Shown here piece by piece: positions 9,183 through 18,879 of a stretch of DNA of 64,000 bases. Positions within the stretch are counted from its first letter, which is position 1, and the number at the start of each line of letters is the position of its first letter. Under the pieces are notes generated by a model that saw only the letters and a list, made by a program, of their open reading frames with translations, made no database searches and was not told the origin of the DNA. The translations under genes were made by a program, and so were the position numbers. The DNA is taken from IMG/VR virus record IMGVR_UViG_3300028591_000084; one strand, written 5' to 3'. The DNA is from a virus. Lineage: Duplodnaviria; Caudoviricetes.

Positions 9183-9592
9183 TCGACGAATCTCCACTTG
9201 TTATTAAGGAAATTTGTTTCGCGTGGGATACAGAAATAGTCGATCCAAGATTCCTGTTTGCCTTAACTAGGGAGAATCTAATGACGAAAGAAAGATTATT
9301 TAACTTCCTAGTGAAAGAGCGTGTTCTAACTGTTCGTGGAAAAAAATTTGCTTCTTATACAATACTAAATAAGGACCTTTGGATAAAAGATGTAACATAT
9401 TCTCCATCATATATTAAAATGCTTAACATCGAAGAGACACAGTTAAAATATCTTCTTAATATCAATAATGTGTCTTTAATAAATACCGAAAATAGAGAGG
9501 ATATTTTTGTGAAAGCAGCAGAAAAAATATGGAATGAGGGAATCGAAATTATCAAATGTTATGAACAAGCAGTCTTAGTAGTAATTAAATGA
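9179..9592 (+). CDS. hypothetical protein, tandem paralog 3 of 3
   Basis: KEICF..LFALTRE.LMTKER..FASY..AEKIWNE. Confidence 0.7.
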   Translation: MIDESPLVIKEICFAWDTEIVDPRFLFALTRENLMTKERLFNFLVKERVLTVRGKKFASYTILNKDLWIKDVTYSPSYIKMLNIEETQLKYLLNINNVSLINTENREDIFVKAAEKIWNEGIEIIKCYEQAVLVVIK

Positions 9593-9963
9593 TACAAGAA
9601 GGAAAGTATTTATTAGCATTTGTACCAATGATTGTTAAGCCCTATATTATTTTGAAATCTTCAGGTGATATGGAAAGGGATGCAAAGAGATTACTGAATT
9701 ATATAAACAGAAATCTAGATATATATGAAGATCGGATCCTCGCAATGTTTCAAGACCAAAAAAAGGGATTTACTAGAGAAGAAATATCCCTAATTGGTGG
9801 AAAACGGGGAGAAGACGATTGGAAGAAAAGAGCTATTGGTTTCTTTAATGTTGATTTGAAAAAAACTGATAAAGGATTTGAAGGTATTATAACAAAAGAT
9901 GATATATATCTTTTTAGCGTCGAAGGTACTGATGCTGACTTTGTATTACTAGAAGAGGACTAA
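9589..9963 (+). CDS. hypothetical protein
   Basis: ATGA overlap; followed by a terminator. Confidence 0.65.
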   Translation: MIQEGKYLLAFVPMIVKPYIILKSSGDMERDAKRLLNYINRNLDIYEDRILAMFQDQKKGFTREEISLIGGKRGEDDWKKRAIGFFNVDLKKTDKGFEGIITKDDIYLFSVEGTDADFVLLEED

Positions 9964-9983
9964 GATCCTCTTTTTTCTTTTTT
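9953..9983 (+). terminator. rho-independent terminator
   Basis: AAGAGGA-ctaaga-TCCTCTT plus T-tract. Confidence 0.65.
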
Positions 9984-10023
9984 ACTCACCTAATAACCTT
10001 ACTATTAGTATAAAATTAATAAA

Positions 10024-12706
10024 ATGAACATGAAAGAAATTAATTCTGTAAAAACAAATGAAGAAGTGATTGAGTTTCTTCCATTTCCAGAATGTGTTAG
10101 GCGTCGAGTAGGTGTTTATCTTGGCGGCAATGATCAAGAGGCTGTTAATACGGCTTTTAGAGAGATTGTCGATAATGCCTCAGATGAAATAGCAGCTGGA
10201 TATGGAGATACAATTTTATTAAGTACAAATTTTAATGGATTTTGTTTTGTAGCAGATAATGGTAGAGGTATTCCAATCTCAATGAGCAGAGATGTTCCTG
10301 AGAAGACGAGTGCTTATCTATCAATATCAGAACTACACACAGGATCAAAATTTACCAGTACCCAAGGAGTAGCAAGAGTTGGTCTTAATGGCTTAGGATC
10401 CTCAGCTACTTCTGCCTGTTCAACGGTCTATTGCTTATTGTCCAGGATAACTGAGGATAATTATAATAGATCTATTCCTGATGTAAAAACTGTTTGGGAA
10501 AAGGCAGGACCACGTTCTAAGAGAGATCTATATTATATTGTCATTATGGAGAAGGGATATAGAACGTATGAAAGTGCTGGTTCACTTAGAGATATTGAGA
10601 AGCTCTTGTTTGGAAAGGATAAAGAATATAAGATTCCCTCCGGCATGAGTACTCTGGTATTCTTTAAACCTGATCCTGAAATTTTTGAGTCTATTAATCC
10701 CGCCATTCCTGTTAAGAATCTCCAATATTTTATGTTAATCCAGGAGAAATTCTTTAAGAGGAAAGTTAATGTTGTAATTGATGGCGTTAATATTAAAAAT
10801 GATTTCAAGCCTTATCGATTTGAGGTAACAAAGATCATAACACCAAAGGACACAAGTATGAACAAAGAAGTTGGTATTTATATGTCCTTTGAGGCTGATC
10901 CTGAATTGAAAACTAAAGAAGTTACTGGATCAGTTAATGGTTTGGATTGTACAGGCCATCATCTTAGTATAGCAGAGTCAATTTATAAGGCGGCACTTAA
11001 AGATCAGTTCAAGATTAAACATTCTTATCTTGAACCTGGTATGAAATTAAATGTCATAATTCTGGCTAATGAGACGATCTTTGACTCTCAGAATAAAAGT
11101 AGAGTTAAGAGTATAGCCAAAGTCAAATCTACAGACTTCACTGAGGTAGTAAAGGATGTTGAGAAGATTTTTAGAAAATACTCTGACTATTGGGAGACTC
11201 ACGTTCAGAAGTTACAATATCTGGCAGATTCTATGAGAAATATCGGTGCTATTGAAAAGGCACAGAAAATCATAGATAGTGCCGGAGGTAATGGTATGTA
11301 TCGAACAAAAGGAGATATGATAGCTGGTTTTGCTGATGCTACTGCTCCTGCAAATGATAGATGGGCTTGTGAGTGCTTTATTACTGAGGGGCTTAGTCCT
11401 TGCGGCTCTTTGAAGGCTGCTAGAAAAGCTATAGATGTAAAATATAGATGTTGTGTTCCTTTACGTGGAAAAGTGCTTGATACAAGTGATAGTACTGTCG
11501 ATAAGATGATGGAAAATAAGGAATTCTTTACGATCTTTTCTCTTATGGGACTAGGTATATCAGCAAATAACGTTATCAAAGACGCTAAAGATCCGGAAGA
11601 GGCATACGAAATAATTAAAAAGAAGTCACGTTATGGCAAATTAATTATAGCTACAGATAAAACGAAAGTTTGTGTCTGAGGGTGTAGAGATACACCTAAG
11701 GAATCCTATTGTTGCGAGGAACTCTGGTTAGGTCTTAGGTACTAAAGAGTTGTAGTTAACTCTTAGTAACAATCTTAAGAATACAGACAATTCGCTTTGT
11801 TATAAGATTAGTCTATTAATTCTATAACAAGACAACGACTATCCCTCTATGGGAGTAAGACAGCAAGTCAATAATGGCTGTTTGAAAGATAGGATACCCA
11901 AACGTTTAAGGCGTGGGTAAAAATATAGTCTGATCTGTATGGAGACATGCAGGAGTTCATAAGAGAACCGGGAAGTAGTGACGACACTTCTTGAACAAAA
12001 TGGCCGATGAAGATGGGTGGCAACAGGTTGCCCAGGGATATAGAAATATATTTCGTAATATTGCATTAAAAGCGGGGAACTCCTGTTAGGCATAAGGTAC
12101 CAAAGTGTAACAACCCTTATGATAGGGACAATCCGCAGTAGAAATACTTCAACGACTATCTCAGTGATGAGAGTAGGGTGGCAAGTCTGTATAATGGCCA
12201 TTCGAAAGATGCAATATCTGACCACGTAATGGTGAAGATAAAAATATAGTCTGAGCACATGGGAAACTATGTGGAGAAGAAATTCTCGTACTAAGTGTAG
12301 ACGACTTAGTGTAAACAAAACTGTATCAATTCAGAAAGGTATATTATATACTATTTTGAAGTTTGCTAGATTTATGATAGATTTTGGTTTGGTTTATATT
12401 GCCGAATCTCCAATATTTGAACAAGGAGGTAAGTATTTCTATCCTAGTGATCCTAGAATACCTGGCAGTCAATTCTGTGTAGGAATGGATCCTAATAAGA
12501 AATTTAGACGTTTTAAAGGCCTTGGTGCTCTTGAACAAGAAGATGTATATTATTCGTTCTACAATGAGCAAACAAGACGTCTAATAAGAGTAACTCCAGA
12601 GTATGCTGATTATGCCATGGGCTTAGTAGAGGACATAAATAAAAGAAAGAAGTTACTGTTTGATAAAGACATATTAACTAATCCATATAATTTCACAGAT
12701 CTTTAA
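10024..12706 (+). CDS. gyrB: type IIA topoisomerase ATPase/TOPRIM subunit (GyrB/ParE-like), spliced: join(10024..11658,12003..12018,12324..12706), 677 aa
   Basis: VRRRVGVYLG, EIVDNASDE, DNGRGIP, LHTGSKF, GLNGLG, TEG.S, PLRGKVL; the splice restores IIATD-ADEDG-LSIQ; exon 3 has YIAESPIF and RFKGLG. Confidence 0.92.
11659..12002 (+). ncRNA. group I intron 1 of gyrB (344 nt, ORF-less, IA-like)
   Basis: P1 CAGAU/GUCUG with U.G and GAAA loop; P3 AUCCUAUU/GAUAGGAU; P7 GACUA (11837-41)/UAGUC (11926-30) within AAAAUAUAGUCUGA; ends in G. Confidence 0.9.
12003..12018 (+). other. 16-nt micro-exon GCC GAT GAA GAT GGG T (A-D-E-D-G)
   Basis: supplies the missing part of the TOPRIM DxDxDG motif and restores frame; ends in U as group I splicing requires. 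Confidence 0.88.
12019..12323 (+). ncRNA. group I intron 2 of gyrB (305 nt, ORF-less, IA-like)
   Basis: P1 UGGGU/GCCCA; P3 AUAUUGCAUU/GAUGCAAUAU; GCGGGGAAC/AAUCCGCAG (P/Q); P7 GACUA (12154-58)/UAGUC (12247-51); ends in G. Confidence 0.9.
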
Positions 12707-12712
12707 TTAATT

Positions 12713-14053
12713 ATGCCAAAGAAAAAACCAATTGTAGAAAATTTAACAAAATCTGTTGGAGAAATAACTGAACAAGCTTATGTTTTGTATGGTGGATATG
12801 TGGCTAATAGTAGAGCCCTCCCCAGCATACAAGATGGTCTCAAGGTGTCAATAAGGCGCTTAATTTATGGGGCAATGCAATATAAAAAAGGTGAGTGGGT
12901 CGGAGGAGATTTGTTAACTAAGACGATGCAGAAATGGCATCCACACTCAGTTGATCAAATGCACTCCTCTGCTGCTCACTTAGTTAGAGATGGTATATTT
13001 TCTGGTCATGGATTTTTTGGCTACACCTCTATTGATGGTGTGGAATCTCCCCCAGCTGCAGGTCGTTATCTTAAAATGAGACTTAGTGATCTTTACTGGG
13101 ATGTGTTAGGAGAAACAACGAAGGAACCTTTTGCTCCTTTCTGTGAATCTCCCCAAGGACCAGAAGAACCAAAGTATTTCAATGTACCAATACCTATTTG
13201 TCTCTATCAAAAGATTCAGACTATGGGTTTGGCAGTAGGTTGTAGAACAAATATTCCGTCCTTCTCACCCAAATCAATCTTAATGGCAATGAAGAATGAC
13301 GACCCTAGCTTATTAGAGTGTTCAGTAGATCTTATTATCGACAAAGAAAACTCTGAGCTTGATCGTATTTGGAGAACAGGAAGAGGAACTCTCTGTTTAG
13401 CCTATAAGATTTCAAGGATGAAAAGTGAGGATGGAAAATCTGAAGGTATCTTATTTGAAAGTGCAGATAGATGTAGTACTGATATCTTCACACCAAAGAT
13501 CTCAAAGTTCCAGAAGCTTGTTGATGATGGAAAGGTTTATATTGAAGACTTGACTGATGAAAATGGTCCAAAGCTTTTCGTCGGAAGAGTTCCTGGTGCT
13601 AGAGGGATAGCGATAGAGGACATAGAGTCAATTGCTAGAAAAATTTGTTATTCAAAGATTGAGTATCAGATTTGGGTAACTGATGGAATGAGGGCTTTTA
13701 GAATTCCTATTAAAGATTGGGTTGTAGGAACTTATGACAACTATATTAATACCTTAGTGAAAGTCAATAATTCTAAATTGGAAAAGGCTAAGTTTGATCT
13801 AGCTGTTCAAGAGGCTCTCCCTGTTATATCTTCTTATATTATGAATGTTAACCCCAAAGCTAGTGATTCTGAAATTCAAAAGGAGACTGGCCTAGGGTTA
13901 GATATCATAGAAGCAGTAATGTCTAAACCGATATCACAATTAAGAAAAAATAAAGATAATTCAGATAGAATTAAAGCAATTAAAGAACGGATTAAAGAAT
14001 TGAAAAAATTTGATCCAATTGTTTATACTGACAACTTAATTAACAGCTTATGA
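12713..14053 (+). CDS. gyrA: type IIA topoisomerase breakage-reunion subunit (GyrA/ParC-like, no CTD)
   Basis: RALPSIQDGLK..RRLIY, WHPHS, PAAGRY (catalytic Tyr); only 446 aa. Confidence 0.9.
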   Translation: MPKKKPIVENLTKSVGEITEQAYVLYGGYVANSRALPSIQDGLKVSIRRLIYGAMQYKKGEWVGGDLLTKTMQKWHPHSVDQMHSSAAHLVRDGIFSGHGFFGYTSIDGVESPPAAGRYLKMRLSDLYWDVLGETTKEPFAPFCESPQGPEEPKYFNVPIPICLYQKIQTMGLAVGCRTNIPSFSPKSILMAMKNDDPSLLECSVDLIIDKENSELDRIWRTGRGTLCLAYKISRMKSEDGKSEGILFESADRCSTDIFTPKISKFQKLVDDGKVYIEDLTDENGPKLFVGRVPGARGIAIEDIESIARKICYSKIEYQIWVTDGMRAFRIPIKDWVVGTYDNYINTLVKVNNSKLEKAKFDLAVQEALPVISSYIMNVNPKASDSEIQKETGLGLDIIEAVMSKPISQLRKNKDNSDRIKAIKERIKELKKFDPIVYTDNLINSL

Positions 14054-14310
14054 AGAGTAGGTATATATTTGATAATCCTGAATGTATATGTCCGGAGTCA
14101 GTTTGTGTGGTCTGGAATAGGCTACCAAAGCATGTAACAAAAACTCTCCCCTTTGGATTAATGAAGAATATAAAAATGGTTGATCCGAGTACAGGAGAGG
14201 TTTGTGAAAAGTCAGTTGTATTTTTAAAACCTGTTGAAGATTATGAAGATTGTAAGATCAAAAGACTTCATCAGATAACGGAGGACTTAGAAATCGCAGA
14301 AGTATCATGA
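14050..14310 (+). CDS. hypothetical protein
   Basis: ATGA overlap. Confidence 0.65.
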   Translation: MKSRYIFDNPECICPESVCVVWNRLPKHVTKTLPFGLMKNIKMVDPSTGEVCEKSVVFLKPVEDYEDCKIKRLHQITEDLEIAEVS

Positions 14311-14849
14311 TATATAATAGCGGTTTAGAATCAGTTATTGAAGCTATCTATTTGGACGAGAAACTTGTACCGAAGATAGGAAAAGCAAATATTGAAGTTA
14401 ATCCCAGTGAGGCCTCTTATGCTGTTGGGAAAACTATTATCTTAACCAATAATAAGTGTACGAATGTTGATATCTTAATTAGAAATGGAAATAAAGTTAT
14501 TTCTAGAGTAAAAGGATATGATGATGACGTTCAGTTTCAGCCTTATATCATTCGCCCTAATTTCAATATTTTCTGGAATGGCGAAGTTTATGAGTGTCCC
14601 AGAGAATTTAGTGGAGACCTTGATGATATTATGGAGTGGTTAGGGGCCCAAGATAAATTTCCAGTTAATTATGACGAAAAGGTGTCTTTATGTTTCCCCA
14701 AGGTAACAGGAATATTAAAGGATGTCTTAGTTGGGCCAGAAGGAAATCTCACTTCATTAGGGTGGCTATTACATCAGGTGGGTGTTAATGTTGGGAAAAC
14801 TTTTCTCGATATGGACTTATTAAAAACAAAAAAAATAATAAAAAGGTAG
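14307..14849 (+). CDS. hypothetical protein
   Basis: ATGA overlap; ends at a terminator. Confidence 0.7.
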   Translation: MIYNSGLESVIEAIYLDEKLVPKIGKANIEVNPSEASYAVGKTIILTNNKCTNVDILIRNGNKVISRVKGYDDDVQFQPYIIRPNFNIFWNGEVYECPREFSGDLDDIMEWLGAQDKFPVNYDEKVSLCFPKVTGILKDVLVGPEGNLTSLGWLLHQVGVNVGKTFLDMDLLKTKKIIKR

Positions 14850-14877
14850 GGAATTAATCCTTACCTTTATTTTTTTT
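14843..14877. terminator. terminator between convergent genes, identical to 3438-3472
   Basis: same hairpin with a T-tract downstream and A-rich sequence upstream. Confidence 0.8.
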
Positions 14878-15529
14878 AATCTTTGAAGTTTGAGACAACA
14901 ATACTTCTAGCCTGCTTAATTGTTTTTACTACTCTTTTCCAATAATCATCTCCGCCAAGTCTTTCTAAGATTATTCTACTTGACCTAATATTGATAATGA
15001 TGATACAATCTTCTTCAGGATCCTCAAAATAGATTTCTCCACGATTTGGAGTCATAGACACGATATTTAATCTCTCCAAAAACTTTATAGATTTTTCAGA
15101 GATTAGGTGTCCTATGAAACTATTTGTAAGATAAGATCTTGGTCTGTAATGTTCTCTAAAATCCTCATACGTAATCTTTTTTATTAAAAATAGACGTACT
15201 GTTGGCAGAAAACTATTCTCCTTAAAATATTGAAAGGGCCTTCCTTCCAGATATTCTCGACCAAAAAGTCTGTTATTAATACTAATTCTACCACCATAAA
15301 TTTTGCCAGCTCGAATACTAAGAACAAGATACCTACTATTATCTATACCTCTAACTGTTACTGAAAGGAAGTATTTTTTTGGGATATAATGTACCTCAAA
15401 GTTACCAGGAAGATTACAGAAGATATTTGCCAATTCTATACAACACTTAGCAAAATCAGATTCTAAGTTATGATCAAGAATTATATCTTTAAGTAATTCC
15501 TTAAATTTCTGTATTGTTAGTGGCATCAA
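14876..15529 (-). CDS. hypothetical protein
   Basis: 217-aa ORF in an operon. Confidence 0.65.
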   Translation of the reverse strand: MMPLTIQKFKELLKDIILDHNLESDFAKCCIELANIFCNLPGNFEVHYIPKKYFLSVTVRGIDNSRYLVLSIRAGKIYGGRISINNRLFGREYLEGRPFQYFKENSFLPTVRLFLIKKITYEDFREHYRPRSYLTNSFIGHLISEKSIKFLERLNIVSMTPNRGEIYFEDPEEDCIIIINIRSSRIILERLGGDDYWKRVVKTIKQARSIVVSNFKD

Positions 15530-15974
15530 TGAAACTACAACTCTTTAAGTTATAAGTTAGTGGAGGAATCTTAAGCTTTAAAATATCACTGAGGAAATGA
15601 ATCTCTCCTAGGTACTCAGGATCCTTATCATTACTGAACGCTGGATGAAAAAAGACCCATCTCTCATCGACTATAAGAACATACTCGCCCTCTGTAATAA
15701 AATCAATCTGTAATACTCCAAAAACTAAATTCGAGTCTTCCTTGACCACCTTACGAATCAATTTACATAACCTGGAGGGGTAATTAGTTAAATATCTTTG
15801 AAGGGATGGGATATGAAAAGCCTTTAAGATACTCATAATACTAACAGGTATCTCTTCTAAACACTTTCTGATATCTTTATCCAGATTTTGAGAATTTCGA
15901 ACAATTATATAATGACTAGTTCGTTTTCTTTCTCTCAGAATAACATCACTCTTTAAAGTAATAATTTGTTCCAT
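15501..15974 (-). CDS. hypothetical protein
   Basis: operon ORF. Confidence 0.6.
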   Translation of the reverse strand: MEQIITLKSDVILRERKRTSHYIIVRNSQNLDKDIRKCLEEIPVSIMSILKAFHIPSLQRYLTNYPSRLCKLIRKVVKEDSNLVFGVLQIDFITEGEYVLIVDERWVFFHPAFSNDKDPEYLGEIHFLSDILKLKIPPLTYNLKSCSFIDATNNTEI

Positions 15975-16785
15975 CCAAAGCTAAACCTCTGTCAATCAAG
16001 CCGTTTATGTCGATTCGATAAGTTACGGCAAAATTTCTACCAGCCCGAGTGTTCAGAAGTAAATTATTATAATATTCCATCTCCTTTTCTTTTGATGAAA
16101 AATGTCTTACGTTCTTCTGGAGACCATTAACAAACAGATTAAATAATAATTTCTTCTTACCATTAACTAGATGATATTCATAAATCTCCTTGAGCGGAAC
16201 AAGATAAGGAATAACCCCTGATAGGTCATTAAAGGATCCATCACTTAAGTAAACTTTAAGAACCCCGTTAGTATCCTTTCTGATACCTTCCAAAAGACAA
16301 TCTTTATCGTTTACTAGATTCTTTACTAACAATGATTCTTCAAGTCTCATCGAAAGATCAGATCCTAAGATTTTCAACTCATCCTTATCTAGAATACAAA
16401 TACCGCCTTTATCAGCAAATTCAATAAAGGATTTGGGTTCTCTATTTCTAAAGGATGAAGTCTTGCAATAAAGATCATAATACTTCTCCCAAACTTCAAG
16501 TCTGTGTAAAACCTCATTGCAAAACTTATCGTATCTTTCGTCCCAGGAGTTAATAACCTCATTTGATCCAGAGGGTTGGGTTGCATTAAACCAGTCAAGT
16601 TGATCAACAATCTCAATACTTTCACTAATTAAACCCTTAACTGTCACATAATCCTTTAAAAACCAGGAATTAACCTCCGGGAAGTTCTTAATAGCCTCTT
16701 CGACATAATCTACTTTGTTGTCGGAGAAAGGACATTTTTTCAAATCACTCAATAACGTCAATAAATCTTCTTTACCAAGAGTCAT
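15946..16785 (-). CDS. hypothetical protein
   Basis: 279-aa ORF. Confidence 0.7.
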   Translation of the reverse strand: MTLGKEDLLTLLSDLKKCPFSDNKVDYVEEAIKNFPEVNSWFLKDYVTVKGLISESIEIVDQLDWFNATQPSGSNEVINSWDERYDKFCNEVLHRLEVWEKYYDLYCKTSSFRNREPKSFIEFADKGGICILDKDELKILGSDLSMRLEESLLVKNLVNDKDCLLEGIRKDTNGVLKVYLSDGSFNDLSGVIPYLVPLKEIYEYHLVNGKKKLLFNLFVNGLQKNVRHFSSKEKEMEYYNNLLLNTRAGRNFAVTYRIDINGLIDRGLALDGTNYYFKE

Positions 16786-16966
16786 AATCTGTTATATCTT
16801 TTGTTACTTTACAATGATTGCATCGTATGCTAACACCAACACCTATTCCGGTTGGTGTAAAAATATAAGAGTAGTAACTGTAATTTTCTTTGCATGACTT
16901 ATTATGCTCCTCTATAAAATCTTCAGCTCTCTTATATTCAACATCATTCAATATAAATTCTTTCAT
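16772..16966 (-). CDS. small Zn-ribbon-like phage protein
   Basis: FTPTGIG....RCNHC...DITDYDSW; promoter motif directly upstream. Confidence 0.7.
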   Translation of the reverse strand: MKEFILNDVEYKRAEDFIEEHNKSCKENYSYYSYIFTPTGIGVGVSIRCNHCKVTKDITDYDSW

Positions 16967-17015
16967 ACAATTATAAAGAAATAAAGGGTTAAAGAAAGAA
17001 AAAAAAGAGAGCAGA

Positions 17016-17345
17016 CTAAATCTGCTCTCCTTTAAAGTAAGTGGTAATCAGCACAAATCTGCTGTAGTTCGCCAACCTACTCTTTCCATTGAATACCCAC
17101 CATAGGTAGCAAATATTCGCTGCCATTGGCAATGCTGCGATTGCCAGTAGAGTTTGTCCCCACCAACCGAAGGCGAAGACGCCTACAAACCATGTCAGAT
17201 TCAGTAGATTACCTACTATTACCAGTGACATCATGGGCCATTTCACTTTCAGTCCATACTGGCGCTTGATCTTCCAGAAACGGAAAACCAGCTGTCCGAT
17301 ATTAAGAATTAACATCAGGAAACTAGCCATTAATATAGTTCGCAT
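17016..17345 (-). CDS. small membrane protein (about 3 TM)
   Basis: hydrophobic segments; GC higher than flanks. Confidence 0.6.
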   Translation of the reverse strand: MRTILMASFLMLILNIGQLVFRFWKIKRQYGLKVKWPMMSLVIVGNLLNLTWFVGVFAFGWWGQTLLAIAALPMAANICYLWWVFNGKSRLANYSRFVLITTYFKGEQI

Positions 17346-17512
17346 AGTATCATCCGCACTAAAAATCCCTCATCAGGACCACCCACATGCGGTCAGGTGT
17401 TGTGTTGTTGTTTTCTTCCTTAAATAAAAAAAATGTAATAATATAGAAACCTACTTAAGGTAACTTATTATTACATATATAAGGCTTTGAGGAGAATTTA
17501 GAGGTAGGTTTT

Positions 17513-17553
17513 GAAAAAAAAAGAAAAATCAGAGCTAAAACTCTGACTCTTCT
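17513..17553 (-). terminator. terminator of the amidoligase operon
   Basis: minus strand AGAGTCAGAG-ttttag-CTCTGATTTT plus T-tract. Confidence 0.65.
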
Positions 17554-17568
17554 TTAACCACTTATCTT

Positions 17569-18879
17569 TTATAAGACTTCATTCTCATCAAACAACTTGT
17601 CTTCTAGGTGTGTGAACAAACCAATTTGATCGTCAATACTAACCTGGTTATCTGTAACAATACACAGCTTTTCCAGATCTATTATCAACTTATCAGCTAA
17701 TGTTTCAGGATAGACCGACTCAAGAATATAACTCAGATAGACAAACTTAGTCCATTTATTTCTAAGTTGATTTCTGGTCAATGAGAGTTTAGATCCTTGA
17801 TTCTTTGTACTTTCAGAAAACAAGAGGATCGCATTAAGAATATAGATCCAGCTTAATATCTTTCTGAAATTATAAGTTGGTCTAAGAAATCTAAACTCTA
17901 TCGTCTTATTAACCCGATAACACAGGGCATTAATTAAGTTCAGCCAAAAATACCTAGTGTTGATTTGCCATTTCCTACTTCTTTCTGGATCTTGAGGATG
18001 TGGCTGAGTGAAGGATCCTGCAAAGTTTCTTCCTACCAACGCAAAATAGAGATCCCTAAATGTCCCCATTTGCGGCAATTTCTTACAATAATCCTTACCG
18101 CTCTTCTTATACTTGGCGGTATTAAAGGTTAGTGGTGGTAATAGTTTTTGCAGATCATTTTCAATCTTACAACAGACCGTATATAGTCGCCATATAGTAT
18201 CTTCCTCCAGCGGAAAACCTCCCATGTGAATATGCAATGAACACTCTTTATTAAATGTTGTATTTGCTTTTAGGGAAGTTACCTGCTGTTTTAGTAGATT
18301 TAATCCAAAGTTTCCCTGAAGTACGACAGTTGAATATTCTAATCCAGATATTGAACCATCTCTTAATGGAATCAAACCATCTTGAATAATGATATTCTCT
18401 GGTAAATAACCCGATCCTGTTTCAAATTCTAAACCAAAAGTATATTTTATCAGTTCAGAGTGAGGAAACGCGATCTCTTCGCTACGTAGGGTCTGTTTAG
18501 ATTTGAATATGTCGAAAGATTCAACAGCTTCATATCTCTTCTGAAGAATTTTATAAGGGAACCCGCCTTGTCCAAACATATACTTAGATCTTAGTTTGAA
18601 ATCTGGAGGCAATACACCTGAGTCTAGGAAGTAACCACCATTCTTTTGATTATAGATGATTGCTTTCTCGATATTAGGTTTTCCTAAGAGATAATATTCA
18701 TTTTCAAAATAATTACCTCTTTCCGGACTGTGTTTAGCCACGGGGACCCTTCTTACTCTGGTGATATCTCTGGTATAACCATATATCAGCTGGTTCTCAA
18801 CTATATCTACTATAACAAGTCTACTACCGACACTGCCAAAATCAATTAATTTTCCAGTTAGTTCATCAATAACTTGCAT
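17569..18879 (-). CDS. putative amidoligase (COOH-NH2 ligase fold, Amidoligase_2-like)
   Basis: TFGLEFET, DGSI..LEY.T, CSLHIH, RY..LN, TIEFR motifs. Confidence 0.8.
   Translation of the reverse strand: MQVIDELTGKLIDFGSVGSRLVIVDIVENQLIYGYTRDITRVRRVPVAKHSPERGNYFENEYYLLGKPNIEKAIIYNQKNGGYFLDSGVLPPDFKLRSKYMFGQGGFPYKILQKRYEAVESFDIFKSKQTLRSEEIAFPHSELIKYTFGLEFETGSGYLPENIIIQDGLIPLRDGSISGLEYSTVVLQGNFGLNLLKQQVTSLKANTTFNKECSLHIHMGGFPLEEDTIWRLYTVCCKIENDLQKLLPPLTFNTAKYKKSGKDYCKKLPQMGTFRDLYFALVGRNFAGSFTQPHPQDPERSRKWQINTRYFWLNLINALCYRVNKTIEFRFLRPTYNFRKILSWIYILNAILLFSESTKNQGSKLSLTRNQLRNKWTKFVYLSYILESVYPETLADKLIIDLEKLCIVTDNQVSIDDQIGLFTHLEDKLFDENEVL

Noticed and set aside
11839-12318. 159-aa minus-strand ORF inside the gyrB gap as a homing endonuclease
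   Set aside because: Antisense to the intron cores, with no HNH, GIY-YIG or LAGLIDADG motif
12269-12706. Separate T4 gp60-like gene, or ribosomal bypass/frameshift joining gyrB
   Set aside because: Its first 18 codons lie in intron 2; splicing fully explains the join, including the missing ADEDG
12713-14053. True DNA gyrase (negative supercoiling)
   Set aside because: No GyrA box or C-terminal pinwheel domain; more likely a relaxing/decatenating phage topoisomerase II, so gyrA/gyrB indicate homology only
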